Origin: an uncultured Desulfospira sp.
GTDB lineage: Bacteria; Desulfobacterota; Desulfobacteria; Desulfobacterales; Desulfobacteraceae
NCBI GenBank assembly: GCA_963663165.1
Contig: OY760175.1
Location: 3,616,001 to 3,680,000 of the forward strand
Direction: 5' to 3'
DNA length: 64,000 bases
Numbering within the stretch: position 1 is the stretch's first letter; every line of letters starts with the position of its first letter. Shown here one piece after another: positions 17,984 to 29,519 of the stretch. The notes beneath the pieces are model-generated. The model was given only the letters and a program-made list of their open reading frames with translations, was not told the DNA's origin and did not search any database. A program made the translations under genes and the position numbers.

Positions 17984-20900
17984 CGATATCCACAAAATCC
18001 TGATCATCGGAGCCGGCCCCATCATTATCAGCCAGGCCTGTGAATTTGACTACTCCGGGACCCAGGCCTGCAAGGCGCTCAAAGAAGAAGGATTTGAGGT
18101 GGTCCTGATCAACTCCAACCCGGCCACCATCATGACGGATCCGGAAACTGCCGACCGGGTCTATATTGAGCCGGTGACCTGTGAAGCCCTGTGCAAGATC
18201 ATTGAAAAAGAAAAACCCGATGCCCTGCTGCCCACCCTTGGCGGCCAGACCGCGTTGAACACGGCCCTTGAGACCGCCAAAACCGGTATCCTGGACAAGT
18301 ACAACATTGAAATGATCGGGGCCTCGGTGGCGGCCATTGAAAAGGCTGAAGACCGGGAACTGTTCCGGGACGCCATGAAAAAAATAGGGCTTCGCATTCC
18401 CAAAAGCGGGTTTGCCACCAACCTGCACGAAGTGGAAGAGGTCTCTCACCGCATTGGTTTTCCCATTATTGTCAGGCCCTCCTTTACCTTAGGCGGTACC
18501 GGCGGCGGCGTGGCCTACAACTCCGAGGAGCTGGCCAAACTCTCCAAGGCAGGCCTGGATGCCAGCCTTATCACCCAGGTCATGCTCGAAGAATCGGTCT
18601 TAGGCTGGAAAGAGTATGAGCTTGAGGTCATGCGGGACCATGCGGACAACGTGGTCATTATCTGTTCCATTGAAAACATTGACGCCATGGGGGTCCACAC
18701 CGGGGACTCCATCACCGTGGCCCCGGCCCAGACCCTGTCGGATAAAGAATACCAGCTTCTGAGGGACGCCTCCATTGCCATCATGCGGGAGATCGGCGTG
18801 GATACCGGCGGCTCCAATGTCCAGTTTGCCGTAAACCCGGAAAACGGGGACATTATTGTGGTGGAGATGAACCCCCGGGTGAGCCGCAGTTCCGCCCTGG
18901 CCTCCAAGGCCACGGGGTTTCCCATTGCCAAGATTGCCGCCAAGCTGGCCGTGGGCTACACCCTGGATGAAATTCCCAACGATATCACCGGCGAGACCAT
19001 GGCCTGTTTTGAGCCCTCCATTGACTATTGTGTCATCAAGATTCCCCGGTGGACCTTTGAAAAATTCCCAGAAACCGATGATATCCTGACCACGGCCATG
19101 AAATCCGTGGGCGAGACCATGTCCATTGGCCGGACCTTTAAAGAGGCACTCCAGAAGGGGCTGCGCTCCCTGGAAATCGGCCGGGCCGGATTCGGGGCCG
19201 ACGGAAAAGACCCGGCACCGGGCAGTGTGGCCGGAAACGAGCTGGAATACAAGCTGTCCACCCCCAATTCCCAGAGAATTTTCTATATCAAGTATGCCCT
19301 GGAACATGGCATGCCCATTACCATGATTTCCGAACTCACGGCCATTGATCCCTGGTTTCTGTACCAGATGAAGCAGATTGTTGACCTTGAAAAGCAGATC
19401 CAGCTGGCCGGCCGGGACCTGCCGCGGGAGCTGTTTGAAAAGGCCAAAAAATACGGATTTTCCGACAAGCAGCTGGCCCACCTGGCCAAACTCACGGACA
19501 AGCAGGTGGAAAAAACCAGAAAGGACTTGGGCATCGTGCCGGTGTATAAACTGGTGGACACCTGTGCCGCAGAGTTCAGGGCCACCACGCCCTATTACTA
19601 CTCCACCTATGAAAGCGAATGTGAGGCCAGGGTTTCAGACCGGAAAAAGGTCATCATCCTGGGCGGCGGCCCCAACCGCATCGGCCAGGGCATTGAGTTT
19701 GACTACTGCTGTGTCCATGCCTCCTTTGCCTTAAGGGAAGAAGGGGTGGAATCCATCATGGTCAACTCCAACCCGGAAACCGTGTCCACAGACTATGACA
19801 CCTCGGACAAGCTCTACTTTGAACCCCTGACCCGGGAAGACGTGCTTCACATTGTGGAAAAGGAAAAGCCCGACGGAGTGATTGTCCAGTTTGGGGGCCA
19901 GACCCCCCTAAACCTGGCCACGGACCTTCAAAAGGCCGGGGTTCCCATTATCGGCACCTCTCCCGAGAGCATTGACCGGGCCGAAGACCGGGATCTGTTC
20001 CAGGAGATGCTCAATAAACTGAACCTTCGCCAGCCGGACAACGGCATTGCCTTTTCCTATAACGAGGCCAAGGCCGTGGCCCGGGATATCGGGTATCCGG
20101 TAATGGTCAGGCCCTCCTTTGTCTTAGGCGGCCGGGCCATGAAGATTGTCTATGACGAGGGTGATTTGGAAGAGTTCTTTAACCTGGCCGTGGAGGCCTC
20201 CCCGGACAAACCCGTCCTCATTGACAAGTTCCTGGAAGAGGCTTTTGAGCTGGATGTGGATGCCATCTCAGACGGGCAGACCACCATTATCGGCGGCATG
20301 ATGGAACATGTGGAAGAGGCCGGAATCCACTCGGGTGACTCGGCCTGTGTCCTGCCCCCCTACTCCATCAAACGGGAACATATTGATGAAATGGCCGATG
20401 CGGCCCGGGCCATTGCCAAAGAGCTGAATGTCAAGGGGCTGATGAACATCCAGTTCGGGATCATGAATGACACGGTTTATATCATTGAGGTCAACCCCAG
20501 GGCATCCCGGACCATCCCCTTTGTCTCCAAGGCCATTGGCGTGCCTTTGGCCAAGCTGGCCACCAAAATCATGCTGGGGAAAACCTTAGATGAACTCGGC
20601 TTCACCAAAGAGGTCATCCCGCCTTATTTCTGCGTTAAAGAGGCGGTCATGCCCTTTGACCGGTTTGCCAAGGTGGATCCGGTTTTGGGACCTGAAATGA
20701 AATCCACGGGTGAGGTCATGGGCATTGATGAGGATCTGGGCGCAGCCTTTGCCAAGGCCCAGTTTGCCGCCGGCCAGAAACTGCCCAAAGAGGGCACGGT
20801 GTTCATCTCGGTCCAGGACAAGGACAAACCCGCGGCCCTGCCCGTGGCCAAGGCCTTCCATGAAATGGGGTTTACCATCATGGCCACCCGGGGAACCGCC

Positions 20901-21194
20901 ACCTTTCTGGAAGACAACAACGTTCCGGCCACCATGGTGAAAAAAGTATCCGCCGGACGGCCCAATGTGGTCGATGCCGTGAAAAACAATGAGATTCAGC
21001 TCATCCTCAACACCGGGGCCTCCAGCCAGACCCAGCGGGACGGATATGAGATCAGGCGGGCGGCCATTAAATATAAAATCCCCTATGCCACCACAACGGA
21101 CGGAACAAGGGCCATCTGCCAGGCCATCCAGGCCATGAAAAAGAAAGCCCTTTCCGTTAAACCCATCCAGGAGTATCACAAGGAAAATGTGTAA
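17970..21194 (+). CDS. carB: Carbamoyl-phosphate synthase large subunit
   Basis: MPKRNDI...[54 protein letters not shown]; duplicated ATP-grasp and MGS domain. Confidence 0.99.
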   Translation: MPKRNDIHKILIIGAGPIIISQACEFDYSGTQACKALKEEGFEVVLINSNPATIMTDPETADRVYIEPVTCEALCKIIEKEKPDALLPTLGGQTALNTALETAKTGILDKYNIEMIGASVAAIEKAEDRELFRDAMKKIGLRIPKSGFATNLHEVEEVSHRIGFPIIVRPSFTLGGTGGGVAYNSEELAKLSKAGLDASLITQVMLEESVLGWKEYELEVMRDHADNVVIICSIENIDAMGVHTGDSITVAPAQTLSDKEYQLLRDASIAIMREIGVDTGGSNVQFAVNPENGDIIVVEMNPRVSRSSALASKATGFPIAKIAAKLAVGYTLDEIPNDITGETMACFEPSIDYCVIKIPRWTFEKFPETDDILTTAMKSVGETMSIGRTFKEALQKGLRSLEIGRAGFGADGKDPAPGSVAGNELEYKLSTPNSQRIFYIKYALEHGMPITMISELTAIDPWFLYQMKQIVDLEKQIQLAGRDLPRELFEKAKKYGFSDKQLAHLAKLTDKQVEKTRKDLGIVPVYKLVDTCAAEFRATTPYYYSTYESECEARVSDRKKVIILGGGPNRIGQGIEFDYCCVHASFALREEGVESIMVNSNPETVSTDYDTSDKLYFEPLTREDVLHIVEKEKPDGVIVQFGGQTPLNLATDLQKAGVPIIGTSPESIDRAEDRDLFQEMLNKLNLRQPDNGIAFSYNEAKAVARDIGYPVMVRPSFVLGGRAMKIVYDEGDLEEFFNLAVEASPDKPVLIDKFLEEAFELDVDAISDGQTTIIGGMMEHVEEAGIHSGDSACVLPPYSIKREHIDEMADAARAIAKELNVKGLMNIQFGIMNDTVYIIEVNPRASRTIPFVSKAIGVPLAKLATKIMLGKTLDELGFTKEVIPPYFCVKEAVMPFDRFAKVDPVLGPEMKSTGEVMGIDEDLGAAFAKAQFAAGQKLPKEGTVFISVQDKDKPAALPVAKAFHEMGFTIMATRGTATFLEDNNVPATMVKKVSAGRPNVVDAVKNNEIQLILNTGASSQTQRDGYEIRRAAIKYKIPYATTTDGTRAICQAIQAMKKKALSVKPIQEYHKENV

Positions 21195-22665
21195 GTTACC
21201 GGCAATAAAAACCCGACAGCCCGATGAGCGGCACCCCGGGTGCCCCATGGCATGCCTTAGCGAACGCCCCAAAGACGAATGCGGGGTTTTTGGCCTTTAC
21301 AAACATCCTGAGGCTGCCAAAATCACCTACTTCGGGCTTTATGCCCTCCAGCACCGGGGCCAGGAAAGTGCCGGCATCTCGGTAAACCGGGGGGTTAATG
21401 ACAAGATTTTTTCCCACAAGGGAATGGGCCTGGTGCCGGAAATTTTCAACATGGAAGACCTTGAACGGATCGAAGGCGGGTCTGCCATCGGCCATGTCCG
21501 ATACTCCACCACCGGGGACTCATGCCTGACCAATGCCCAGCCCTTTGTGGTCAACCACCGGCACAGATCCTATGCCCTGGCCCACAACGGCAACCTGGTC
21601 AATGCCCATACCATCAGGGAAGAACTTGAAGAAAAAGGCTCTATTTTCCAGACCACCATGGACTCAGAGGTGTTTCTTCATCTGTTTATCAAGAACCTGG
21701 TCAAGGGAGACTACGAGAGCGCCATTTTAAAGGCCGTGTCAAAGATTGAAGGGGCCTATTCCATGATCCTGCTCACCTGCAAGGGGGAGATCATCGGCAT
21801 GAAGGATCCCAACGGATTCCGCCCCCTGGCATTGGGCAAGCTTAACGGCCACTATGTCCTGGCCTCGGAAACCTGTGCCTTTGACCTGATCCAGGCCGAA
21901 TTTATCCGGGAGCTGGACCCCGGGGAAATCGTGATCATCAATGAAGACGGGATCAGAAGCATCCGGCACCCCAGGGCAGCCGACCATAAATCCCTGTGTA
22001 TTTTTGAATACATCTACTTTGCCCGGCCCGACTCCACCATTGACGGCAAAAATGTCTATGAGATGAGAAAGGCCCACGGCCGCCGCCTGGCCCAGGAGTC
22101 CCACGTGGACGCCGATCTGGTCATGCCCTTTCCGGATTCGGGCAACTATGCGGCCATCGGCTATGCCAAGGAATCGGGCATTCCCTTTGAAATGGGCATG
22201 ATCCGGAACCACTATGTGGGCCGAAGCTTTATCCAGCCCACCCAGTCCATGCGTGACTTTGCCGTGAGGGTCAAGCTCAATCCGGTCCGGGAGCTGATCA
22301 AGGGAAAAGATATCATTATCATTGAAGACTCCATTATACGGGGCACCACGGCTAAAACCCGGGTCAAGGCCTTAAGGGATTTAGGGGTCAAGAAGGTTCA
22401 TATGCGGATCTCATGTCCGCCCCACAGGTTCCCCTGTTATTACGGTATTGATTTTTCTTCAAAGGGGGAGCTCATTGCGGCAAGCATGTCCTTAGAGGAT
22501 CTTCGGGACTACCTGGGCCTGGATTCCCTCCACTACCTTTCCATTGAGGGCATGCTGGAAGCCTCCGGCGTTGAAAACCCGGAACAAAACTTTTGCAAGG
22601 CCTGTTTTGACGGACACTACCCGGTCCCCTTTGATCCCAATTTCACCAAGCAGTGCATGGGGTAA
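21187..22665 (+). CDS. purF: Amidophosphoribosyltransferase
   Basis: Propeptide then [63 protein letters not shown]. Confidence 0.98.
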   Translation: MCKLPAIKTRQPDERHPGCPMACLSERPKDECGVFGLYKHPEAAKITYFGLYALQHRGQESAGISVNRGVNDKIFSHKGMGLVPEIFNMEDLERIEGGSAIGHVRYSTTGDSCLTNAQPFVVNHRHRSYALAHNGNLVNAHTIREELEEKGSIFQTTMDSEVFLHLFIKNLVKGDYESAILKAVSKIEGAYSMILLTCKGEIIGMKDPNGFRPLALGKLNGHYVLASETCAFDLIQAEFIRELDPGEIVIINEDGIRSIRHPRAADHKSLCIFEYIYFARPDSTIDGKNVYEMRKAHGRRLAQESHVDADLVMPFPDSGNYAAIGYAKESGIPFEMGMIRNHYVGRSFIQPTQSMRDFAVRVKLNPVRELIKGKDIIIIEDSIIRGTTAKTRVKALRDLGVKKVHMRISCPPHRFPCYYGIDFSSKGELIAASMSLEDLRDYLGLDSLHYLSIEGMLEASGVENPEQNFCKACFDGHYPVPFDPNFTKQCMG

Positions 22666-22668
22666 CCA

Positions 22669-23682
22669 TTGGTAACAAAGAAAACCGTGGCATTCTCAAA
22701 AGATGCCTGCAACCTGTTTTTCCACATTTTAACCAAGTGCAACCTGAGCTGCTCCCACTGCTATATCAATCCGGACCAGCACGGCAGCAACACCCTTGAT
22801 ATCAAGACCATCCGGGAGTGGCTTTCCCTGTTCGCCCAAAAGAACCAAAAGGCCAACGTGATTTTCCTTGGGGGCGAACCCACCCTTCACCCGGATCTTT
22901 CAGCGGCGGTTAAACAGGCCAAGGCCCTGGGGTTTGAATCCATCACCATCGACACCAACGGGTTTCTTTTCCATGATATCCTGGACAAGGTCACCCCGGA
23001 TGATCTGGATTTCATCAGCTTTTCCCTGGATGGTGCCACCAGAGCCGTCAATGACGCCTGCAGGGGAAAGGGAAGCTTTGATGCGGTGATGGCGGGGATT
23101 AAAAAGGCCAGGGATAAAGGCTTTTCCTGTTCCATGATCTATACGGTATCGGACAAAAATATTCATGAACTGTCACAGATGCCGGACCTGATAAAGCCCC
23201 TGGGACTTGACCGGTTTTTCATCCAGGTGGTGGGCTTAAGAGGGGAATCGGCAAAATCGGCCGATAATTCCGGCTCAGCCATTCACCAGGTCACCAAGGA
23301 AACCTGGCTGAACCTGATCCCGGCCACCGCAGAAAAAATTGCTCAAATGGGCATTATCGTCACCTATCCCAAGGTCTTTCTGGAACCGTCAGACCCGTTC
23401 CAGTGTGCGGCCCGGGTGGCCCAAAACTATTTTGTCTTTCCCAACGGCCGGGTCTACCAGTGCCCTATTTGCGAGGATTTTTCCCTGCACTCTTTTGACA
23501 TCATCAACAATGAACTGGTGCCGCGCCCCCCGGTCAATGAAACCGACCTGTTCAACCTGAACATCCCCGAAGGCTGCGTCATGAACAAACTGGTCCAGCC
23601 GGCAAACCTGTCCTATGATTCCCAGGGCCGCCCCCTTCACCAGATCGCCTGCTGCATGCTCAAAGAAGAGATTACTTTTTAA
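22669..23682 (+). CDS. Radical SAM protein of unknown function
   Basis: CNLSCSHC, FLGGEPTLH, DTNG, FSLDG; extra C-terminal Cys (CAA, CPIC, GC, ACC). Begins 3 nt after the purF stop. Confidence 0.9.
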   Translation: MVTKKTVAFSKDACNLFFHILTKCNLSCSHCYINPDQHGSNTLDIKTIREWLSLFAQKNQKANVIFLGGEPTLHPDLSAAVKQAKALGFESITIDTNGFLFHDILDKVTPDDLDFISFSLDGATRAVNDACRGKGSFDAVMAGIKKARDKGFSCSMIYTVSDKNIHELSQMPDLIKPLGLDRFFIQVVGLRGESAKSADNSGSAIHQVTKETWLNLIPATAEKIAQMGIIVTYPKVFLEPSDPFQCAARVAQNYFVFPNGRVYQCPICEDFSLHSFDIINNELVPRPPVNETDLFNLNIPEGCVMNKLVQPANLSYDSQGRPLHQIACCMLKEEITF

Positions 23683-24210
23683 GTCACCGGTTTCCCCTGA
23701 TGCCTCAGCCATTGTCGGCCTTTGTCCGTCAGGCGGTATTTTTGCTTGCTGCTTTGCGGTTTGTCCGGAAGGGTCATTTCAATTAATCCGGCTTCCAAAG
23801 CGGGAATCAAATAAGTTTTGCGAAAATGCTCATTATCTTTGAGCCCCAGGGCCTTTTTAAGCTATTGCCGGCTCATTTCACCAGTAACGGCAAGCAGCAG
23901 CCGGACTTCCGGGGTGACTTCCAGGGTCGCTTCCAGTGTTGAAGATCCCACTGCATCCAGGATCATCCTGAGCATGAAAGAAATAAAGGGGCCTGAGTCG
24001 GTCTGAAGGGTACTTTCCTGAATGGCCTGATAATACTCGGCCTGGTGTTCGAAGACCGGGCTTTCCGCCGGGATATCGGCGAACAGGGAATTCCATCGGG
24101 AAAGAATCAGGCTCTGCCACAGGCGCCCCATGCGGCCGTTAACGTCAGCAAACGGGTGAATGAATTCAAATTCGTAATGAAAAACCGAGCTGGCAATGAG
24201 CGGGTGGGCG
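23679..24210 (-). pseudogene. Fic-family protein pseudogene (5'-truncated, internal stop)
   Basis: HYEFEFIHPFADVNGRMGR (G>V in HPFxDGNGR). TAG at 23862, then the frame continues LKKALGLKDNEHFRKTYLIPALEAGLIEMTLPDKPQSSKQKYRLTDKG (C-terminal wHTH) to TAA at 23679. Confidence 0.88.
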
Positions 24211-24214
24211 TTCG

Positions 24215-24805
24215 TTACGGCAACTTTCTGACAATAAACTCGATACAGCATTCGGCCACGGGGGTGGCGGTCTGGTCCAGATGCGGCGGGAGCTTGGGGC
24301 GGTAAAAGTCTTCTATGAGTTCGATTTTGATCACCTTGATCCGGTCGCCGAAAGACTGGAGCAGTTCCATGATATTGATGGATTTATCAGACCAGGAGTT
24401 GGTTTTCTGGATGGTCATGGTCCACTTATGGTCGGGATTGAACTTTGACGGGAACACCCCCTTTTCATAGAGATCTTCATCGGGAACCGTGGTGATGATG
24501 TGGCCGCCGGGTTTTACAATCCGGATCCAGTTTTCAAAACCGATCCGGGGGTCTTCAAGGTGTTCAAGGCAGTGGCTTGAATGGACAAAATCAACGCTGT
24601 TGTCCGGGACCCCCTTCATATACTGGGCATCGCCGTCCTGCAGATCCCATGTCCGGGCCCCGGTCATTTTGGAAAACACCCCTGCATACTGCCCTAAAGG
24701 GTCAGGCTTCCCACCGATATCGATCCCGGTTCCCACAAAATACTTGTTGTGAAACTCTCCAAGATTAAACCGTCTTTTCGCGGCTTTGCTCTGTTCCCAC
24801 GGCAT
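24215..24805 (-). CDS. Class I SAM-dependent methyltransferase
   Basis: GIDIGG motif I, DFVHSSHCLEH, RIVKPGG. Confidence 0.85.
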   Translation of the reverse strand: MPWEQSKAAKRRFNLGEFHNKYFVGTGIDIGGKPDPLGQYAGVFSKMTGARTWDLQDGDAQYMKGVPDNSVDFVHSSHCLEHLEDPRIGFENWIRIVKPGGHIITTVPDEDLYEKGVFPSKFNPDHKWTMTIQKTNSWSDKSINIMELLQSFGDRIKVIKIELIEDFYRPKLPPHLDQTATPVAECCIEFIVRKLP

Positions 24806-24904
24806 TGGATTGTCCTTTCAACCGGCCTGTGTTTGAATACTATAGTGCTGCAAACCCTTTTGACCTACCCTATCGTTTTCAACCATCAATGTCACTGGTT
24901 TATT

Positions 24905-25822
24905 TTAACCCATGCTCAGCCAGATCCCATAGGTAAAGGCCGACAAGATCGTGCAGATGGAAATGGCGGCCACGGAAAAATCGGAATCCCCGCCCATTTC
25001 CCGGGCCATGATATAGGTCAGGGTGGCCGTGGGTGAGGAGAGGATGATCAGGCCGGGCAGGTAATCCTCGGGGGCCGTCCCAAACAGTTTGAACAGCAAA
25101 AGCCCCATGGCCGGAGCCGCCATGGTTTTCAGGAAGCTGGACGCCAGGACGTTTAAAAAGCCGTGTTTGAGCTTTTCAAACGACAGGGAGGCCCCGATGA
25201 TCAGCAACGCCGTGGGAAGGGCCATGCCCTTTAAAATATCCAGGGAGCGGTCCAGGATGACCGGCAGCTTCAGGTTAAGCAGGGAAAAGATGATCCCTGA
25301 CAATGCCGACAGGATAACGGGATTGGTGATGCCGGCTTTTAAGGTGTCCATGAACCGGAAGCGCTCTTTTTCTTTGCGGTTGTGGGCCTGAAGGACTACC
25401 ACGGCCAGGATGTTCTGGACAATCATGACAAATCCGGCAATCAGGGCGGCCCGGACAAACCCGCTGTGGCCCAGGTAATAAAAGGCCACGGCAAGGCCGA
25501 TATATCCCAGATTCCCGTGAAAGGAGCAGTGAATAAAAGAGCCCCTTGACCGTCGGGGAATTTTCAACCCAATGGCCGCTGCCCATGCCACACCGGTAAT
25601 ACAGAACATGGCGGCCAGGGTGGCCAGGATAACGGTGGCATTCAGTTCAGACTTAAGAGAGGCTTTGGAAACCGCGCTGAAAATCATGGCCGGTATGGCA
25701 ATATAGTAAACCAGGCGGTTGGCCTGGTTTACAAAATCCATGGAGATAAAGTCTCTGCGCCGGGCAAAAACCCCCAGAAAGATCACGATAAAAATCGGGA
25801 TGATGGTGGCCAGGATTTCCAT
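24905..25822 (-). CDS. AEC (auxin efflux carrier) family membrane transporter
   Basis: About 10 TM helices; NRLVYYIAIPA, GNLGYIGL, NPVILS, PTALLIIGASL, PTA...MGGD. Confidence 0.9.
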   Translation of the reverse strand: MEILATIIPIFIVIFLGVFARRRDFISMDFVNQANRLVYYIAIPAMIFSAVSKASLKSELNATVILATLAAMFCITGVAWAAAIGLKIPRRSRGSFIHCSFHGNLGYIGLAVAFYYLGHSGFVRAALIAGFVMIVQNILAVVVLQAHNRKEKERFRFMDTLKAGITNPVILSALSGIIFSLLNLKLPVILDRSLDILKGMALPTALLIIGASLSFEKLKHGFLNVLASSFLKTMAAPAMGLLLFKLFGTAPEDYLPGLIILSSPTATLTYIMAREMGGDSDFSVAAISICTILSAFTYGIWLSMG

Positions 25823-25829
25823 GGGTATC

Positions 25830-25903
25830 CTTAGGCTGTCAGGCTAAAGACTGAAGGCTGAAGGTTGCGTTCGTCACCTTCAGCCTAAACCCCTTCAGCC
25901 TAA
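25830..25903. repeat. Inverted heptamer repeats
   Basis: ttaggctgtcaggctaaagactgaaggctgaagg...ccttcagcctaaaccccttcagcctaa. Confidence 0.65.
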
Positions 25904-27289
25904 TTTGGTTTTAATATGAAAAGACTTTGGCCGGGTCAGGTACTCATACCCCACCACAGACAGGGTGCAGCCCCGGCCGGAATTCTTAACCCCGGTCCAG
26001 CCCAGTTCCGGGTCCAGATAGTCACACCGGTTGATGAAAAGGGTCCCGGTATTCACCTGTTGCCCGAGTTCAATCCCCTTGTCATAATCTTTTGTAAAAA
26101 TAGCGGCGGTCAGGCCGAACTCACTGTCGTTCATGAGTTCTACCGCCTCCTCATCAGACGCCACCTTCTGAATTCCCACCACCGGCCCGAAACTTTCCTC
26201 GGTCATCACCCGCATGGTGTGGTTGACGCCGGTCAGAATCTGAGGGGCCAGGTAAGGGGTGCCGGCCTTGTCCATGGGGAAATTTTCGGCCTTGATATGG
26301 GCAACCGCCCCCTGTTCAATGGCTTCTTTGGTCTGCTCCCGGACAAAATCAGCGGCACTGGTCCTGACCAGGGGACCTAAGGTGGTTTCAGGATCATCAG
26401 ACCGGCCAAGCTTTAAGGCATTGACCCATGCAATGGCCTGTTCAAGGAAGTCGTCATACACATCGGCATGGACATAAACCCGTTCAATCCCGCAGCAGGA
26501 CTGGCCGGAATTGAAAAACGCGCCGTCCATGGCCGTGTCCACGGCATGGGGAAGATCGGCATCGGCCCGGACATAGGCCGGGTCCTTGCCGCCAAGTTCC
26601 AGGCCGACATTAATGAACCTTCCGGCAGCCGCCTTTTCCACCATGGCCCCGCCGGGAACAGACCCCGTAAATGCCACATGGTTGATCCGGGCATCTTTGA
26701 TGATGGCTTCGGTATCCCCATGGGTGAGGTGAAGGTACTGGAACACACCTTTGGGCAGGCCTGCCGCCTCAAAGGCCTCAAACAGGCGCTCGGCACAAAG
26801 GGGGGTCTGGGCCGAATGTTTCAAAATTACGGTGTTGCCGGCCAGGATGGCCGGGACAATGGCATTAATAGCGGTCAGATAGGGATAATTCCAGGGGGCA
26901 ATGACAAACACCGTGCCTAAGGGCTCCCGCTGAATCCACCGCTCAAACCCCTCTTTTTCATCCAGTTTCACCGGTGCAAGCCCCTGGTCCGCCAGCCGGA
27001 TCATGGCCCTTGCCCGTTCTTCCAGGCCGTTGACCTCGCCTGCCCCAAACCGGATGGGCCGCCCCATCATCCAGCAAAGTTCTTTGGCGATCTCTTCTTT
27101 TTTGGCCACAAAAGCGTCAACGGCTTTTGTGCATAAGATTTTCCGGTCTGCCAGGGCCGTGGCGGCCCAGGCGCGCTGGGCCTGTTTGGCCTGATCCAGG
27201 GTGGTTTGAATTAACCCCTGATCTGCAAAGGGCCGCTCCACATAGGCAGAATTGTCAACCGGACTGATACATACAAATGAGGATGTCAT
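25895..27289 (-). CDS. NAD(P)-dependent aldehyde dehydrogenase
   Basis: APWNYP, FTGS, LELGGKDP, FNSGQSCC, EESFGPV. Start moved to ATG 27289. Confidence 0.95.
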   Translation of the reverse strand: MTSSFVCISPVDNSAYVERPFADQGLIQTTLDQAKQAQRAWAATALADRKILCTKAVDAFVAKKEEIAKELCWMMGRPIRFGAGEVNGLEERARAMIRLADQGLAPVKLDEKEGFERWIQREPLGTVFVIAPWNYPYLTAINAIVPAILAGNTVILKHSAQTPLCAERLFEAFEAAGLPKGVFQYLHLTHGDTEAIIKDARINHVAFTGSVPGGAMVEKAAAGRFINVGLELGGKDPAYVRADADLPHAVDTAMDGAFFNSGQSCCGIERVYVHADVYDDFLEQAIAWVNALKLGRSDDPETTLGPLVRTSAADFVREQTKEAIEQGAVAHIKAENFPMDKAGTPYLAPQILTGVNHTMRVMTEESFGPVVGIQKVASDEEAVELMNDSEFGLTAAIFTKDYDKGIELGQQVNTGTLFINRCDYLDPELGWTGVKNSGRGCTLSVVGYEYLTRPKSFHIKTKLG

Positions 27290-27547
27290 AACTTCACCTT
27301 TTAAAAATATCCTTAATATGGTTAGACTCAGGTTTAGCCGTCCTATCCTAAAACCGTTTGATTTGCAAGTGAAATCCATCCGGCACACAGGATTAACACG
27401 GACAAAAATTGACTCATTTTTTTGAGGAATAAACCATAAGGGCAATCTCCCGTAAAATGAAGGAAAGCCGGAGAAAAGGAAACCACAGACCGGCCCGCAG
27501 ACTTTCTGTATTCGGATATTATACCACTTGTCAGGGCTCGGCGTTTT

Positions 27548-28654
27548 TTAGATGCAGCAGCCCCTGGCCGTTATGGCTTTTCTCTCCAGGGTACCGTCAG
27601 CCCTTTGAAGGTAAAAGAAATTAAACAGGTTCATGCAAAGGGCTGCATTGACCGGGATAATGCTGATACGGTCTCCCGGGCCAGGTGGATTTTTACACCG
27701 GCTGACATCCACCCAGCCGTGCTCTTCGTGGAGCCGGCATATCCGGGCTTCGGGGTATTCACACACATATCCCATTTCCAGGGCTTCACGGCGCAGCAGC
27801 TGTTTGGCCGAAAGGCTTTTGGAGCCGGCATCTATGATCACCTGGCCCGGAACCCTGTCTGAAACAACCGTTGCCACCATGCGGGCCGCACAATCCTCAA
27901 GGGCGCAATGGTTGAACTTGGCCACAAAATAGTCATTGATATAGGCCGTTCCCACCCGAAGCTCATTGACATGGGCCACCTGGTGGGTATTGAAAAGAGA
28001 CGGGGTGGCGCCTGAAGAGACCATGGGCGGCTCAAGCCCTGCCTTGCATAAGGCGTTATAGGCCGGTTTCCATGACCGGTTAATCTGTTCAAAGCTTTCA
28101 GGGGCTGAGGCGTTGGGGCCGTACAAATGGCCCAGATAAAGCTGGATGCCTTCAAATTCAAGGTACGGGGCGTTTTGGGCGTACCTTGCAAGGGCTGTCA
28201 GTTCATCCGGGTCTGCGGTTCCGCACCGGTGGAGCCCGGCATCAAACATGACATGGATGCCGATGGTTGTATCATGGTCCATTGCGGCCCGGGACAACCA
28301 GTCCATCAGGGACCTTTCGTCAACCGCCACCCGGACGGTGTGGGTTTGGGCAAGGCCTGCGATGATCCGCACCCGTTCATCCCCGAAAGCCGGGTAGGCC
28401 ACGGTGATATCGGTGCCGGGGTGTTCGGCAAGGGCCTGGGCCTCTGTGGCCTTTGCCACCCCGATCCCTGCCCCCCCTGCGGCCAGCTGCATCCGGGTAA
28501 TGGAAAGGGATTTATGGGTTTTGACATGGGGGCGGACCCGGTAGCCGTGGGCCTTGGCATAAGAATGGATCCGGTGGATATTTTTTTCTAAAACAGATTG
28601 GTCTATGACCAGGAAGGGGGTGGGGATTTGGCGGATGTTTTTAATCGTCTCCAT
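27548..28654 (-). CDS. PLP fold-type III enzyme (D-threonine aldolase / D-serine dehydratase / alanine racemase-like)
   Basis: TPFLVID, RPHVKTHKS (PLP lysine), GLHRCG, IIDAGSKSLS, EEHG. Overlaps the upstream NAS stop by 14 nt. Confidence 0.88.
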   Translation of the reverse strand: METIKNIRQIPTPFLVIDQSVLEKNIHRIHSYAKAHGYRVRPHVKTHKSLSITRMQLAAGGAGIGVAKATEAQALAEHPGTDITVAYPAFGDERVRIIAGLAQTHTVRVAVDERSLMDWLSRAAMDHDTTIGIHVMFDAGLHRCGTADPDELTALARYAQNAPYLEFEGIQLYLGHLYGPNASAPESFEQINRSWKPAYNALCKAGLEPPMVSSGATPSLFNTHQVAHVNELRVGTAYINDYFVAKFNHCALEDCAARMVATVVSDRVPGQVIIDAGSKSLSAKQLLRREALEMGYVCEYPEARICRLHEEHGWVDVSRCKNPPGPGDRISIIPVNAALCMNLFNFFYLQRADGTLERKAITARGCCI

Positions 28655-29486
28655 AATCGTCTTTAACCCGTGGTTCGGTTTTGACCACAAAAATGGAGGT
28701 GTTGTTTACCGGGGGATTGGGCCGGACCCGGGTGATCTCCTTAAATCCTGCCGGCAGCTTGAAATCAGCCCCGGCATCCAAAAACCTTCGCAGACCCTTT
28801 TCATAAATCCGGTAGGAAAGGGTGGCGCCTTTGTCAAGTACCTTTAAAAGATGCTCAAAGATCTCCTCTTTGGGGCGGGCATCGGCACCGATCATGATCA
28901 GCTGGCAGGGATCGGCCAGTGGCAGGGAAAAATGGTTGCCGCCGATAATGCGGATCTGCCGGTCAAGGTCCAGGGCATGGATCAGCTGCCGGGACAGGTC
29001 CGCATATTCCCGGCATTGTTCAATGCCGATGCCAAGGATCTGGTACCGGGCACACAGGCTGATCAGGGTCAACGGCAGGGGGCCGCTGCCCAGAAAAACC
29101 ACCCGGTCGCCGGAAGACAGATTTGCCCCGGTATATTCCATCCGGGCAAGCTCCAGGTAATTGGGATAATACACAAACTGTTTGATGGCCTCCCAGGGGG
29201 CGGCCGAATCAATCAGGTCCCGGGCATGGCGCAGTTCCAGGCGCAGTCCGTTGGTTCTTTTGAGCAGGGAAATATGGGCCAGGGCCGGTTGAAGCACGGG
29301 ATCAGCCCGCAGGATCTGTGCCCGGCAGTCATCCATGTCCATTGCCGCCATGCGGTCCAGCCGGCTGAAAAAGGGATAGGCCTCTTCATGCCGGCCCTCA
29401 AGCAAAGACTCCGGATCAATATGGGCCAGGGCATCATAAATATCAAGCACCTCTTTTTTGATAACATCCAGATCAACCATGAACAC
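28641..29486 (-). CDS. Nicotianamine synthase family protein (paralogue 2)
   Basis: FVYYPNYLELARMEY, VVFLGSGPLPLTLI, A.PKEEIF, YR...GLR, VNNTSIFV. Confidence 0.88.
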   Translation of the reverse strand: MFMVDLDVIKKEVLDIYDALAHIDPESLLEGRHEEAYPFFSRLDRMAAMDMDDCRAQILRADPVLQPALAHISLLKRTNGLRLELRHARDLIDSAAPWEAIKQFVYYPNYLELARMEYTGANLSSGDRVVFLGSGPLPLTLISLCARYQILGIGIEQCREYADLSRQLIHALDLDRQIRIIGGNHFSLPLADPCQLIMIGADARPKEEIFEHLLKVLDKGATLSYRIYEKGLRRFLDAGADFKLPAGFKEITRVRPNPPVNNTSIFVVKTEPRVKDDYGDD

Positions 29487-29519
29487 CCTTTCCCTTTTTG
29501 CTTTTACTTAGCCCACCGC

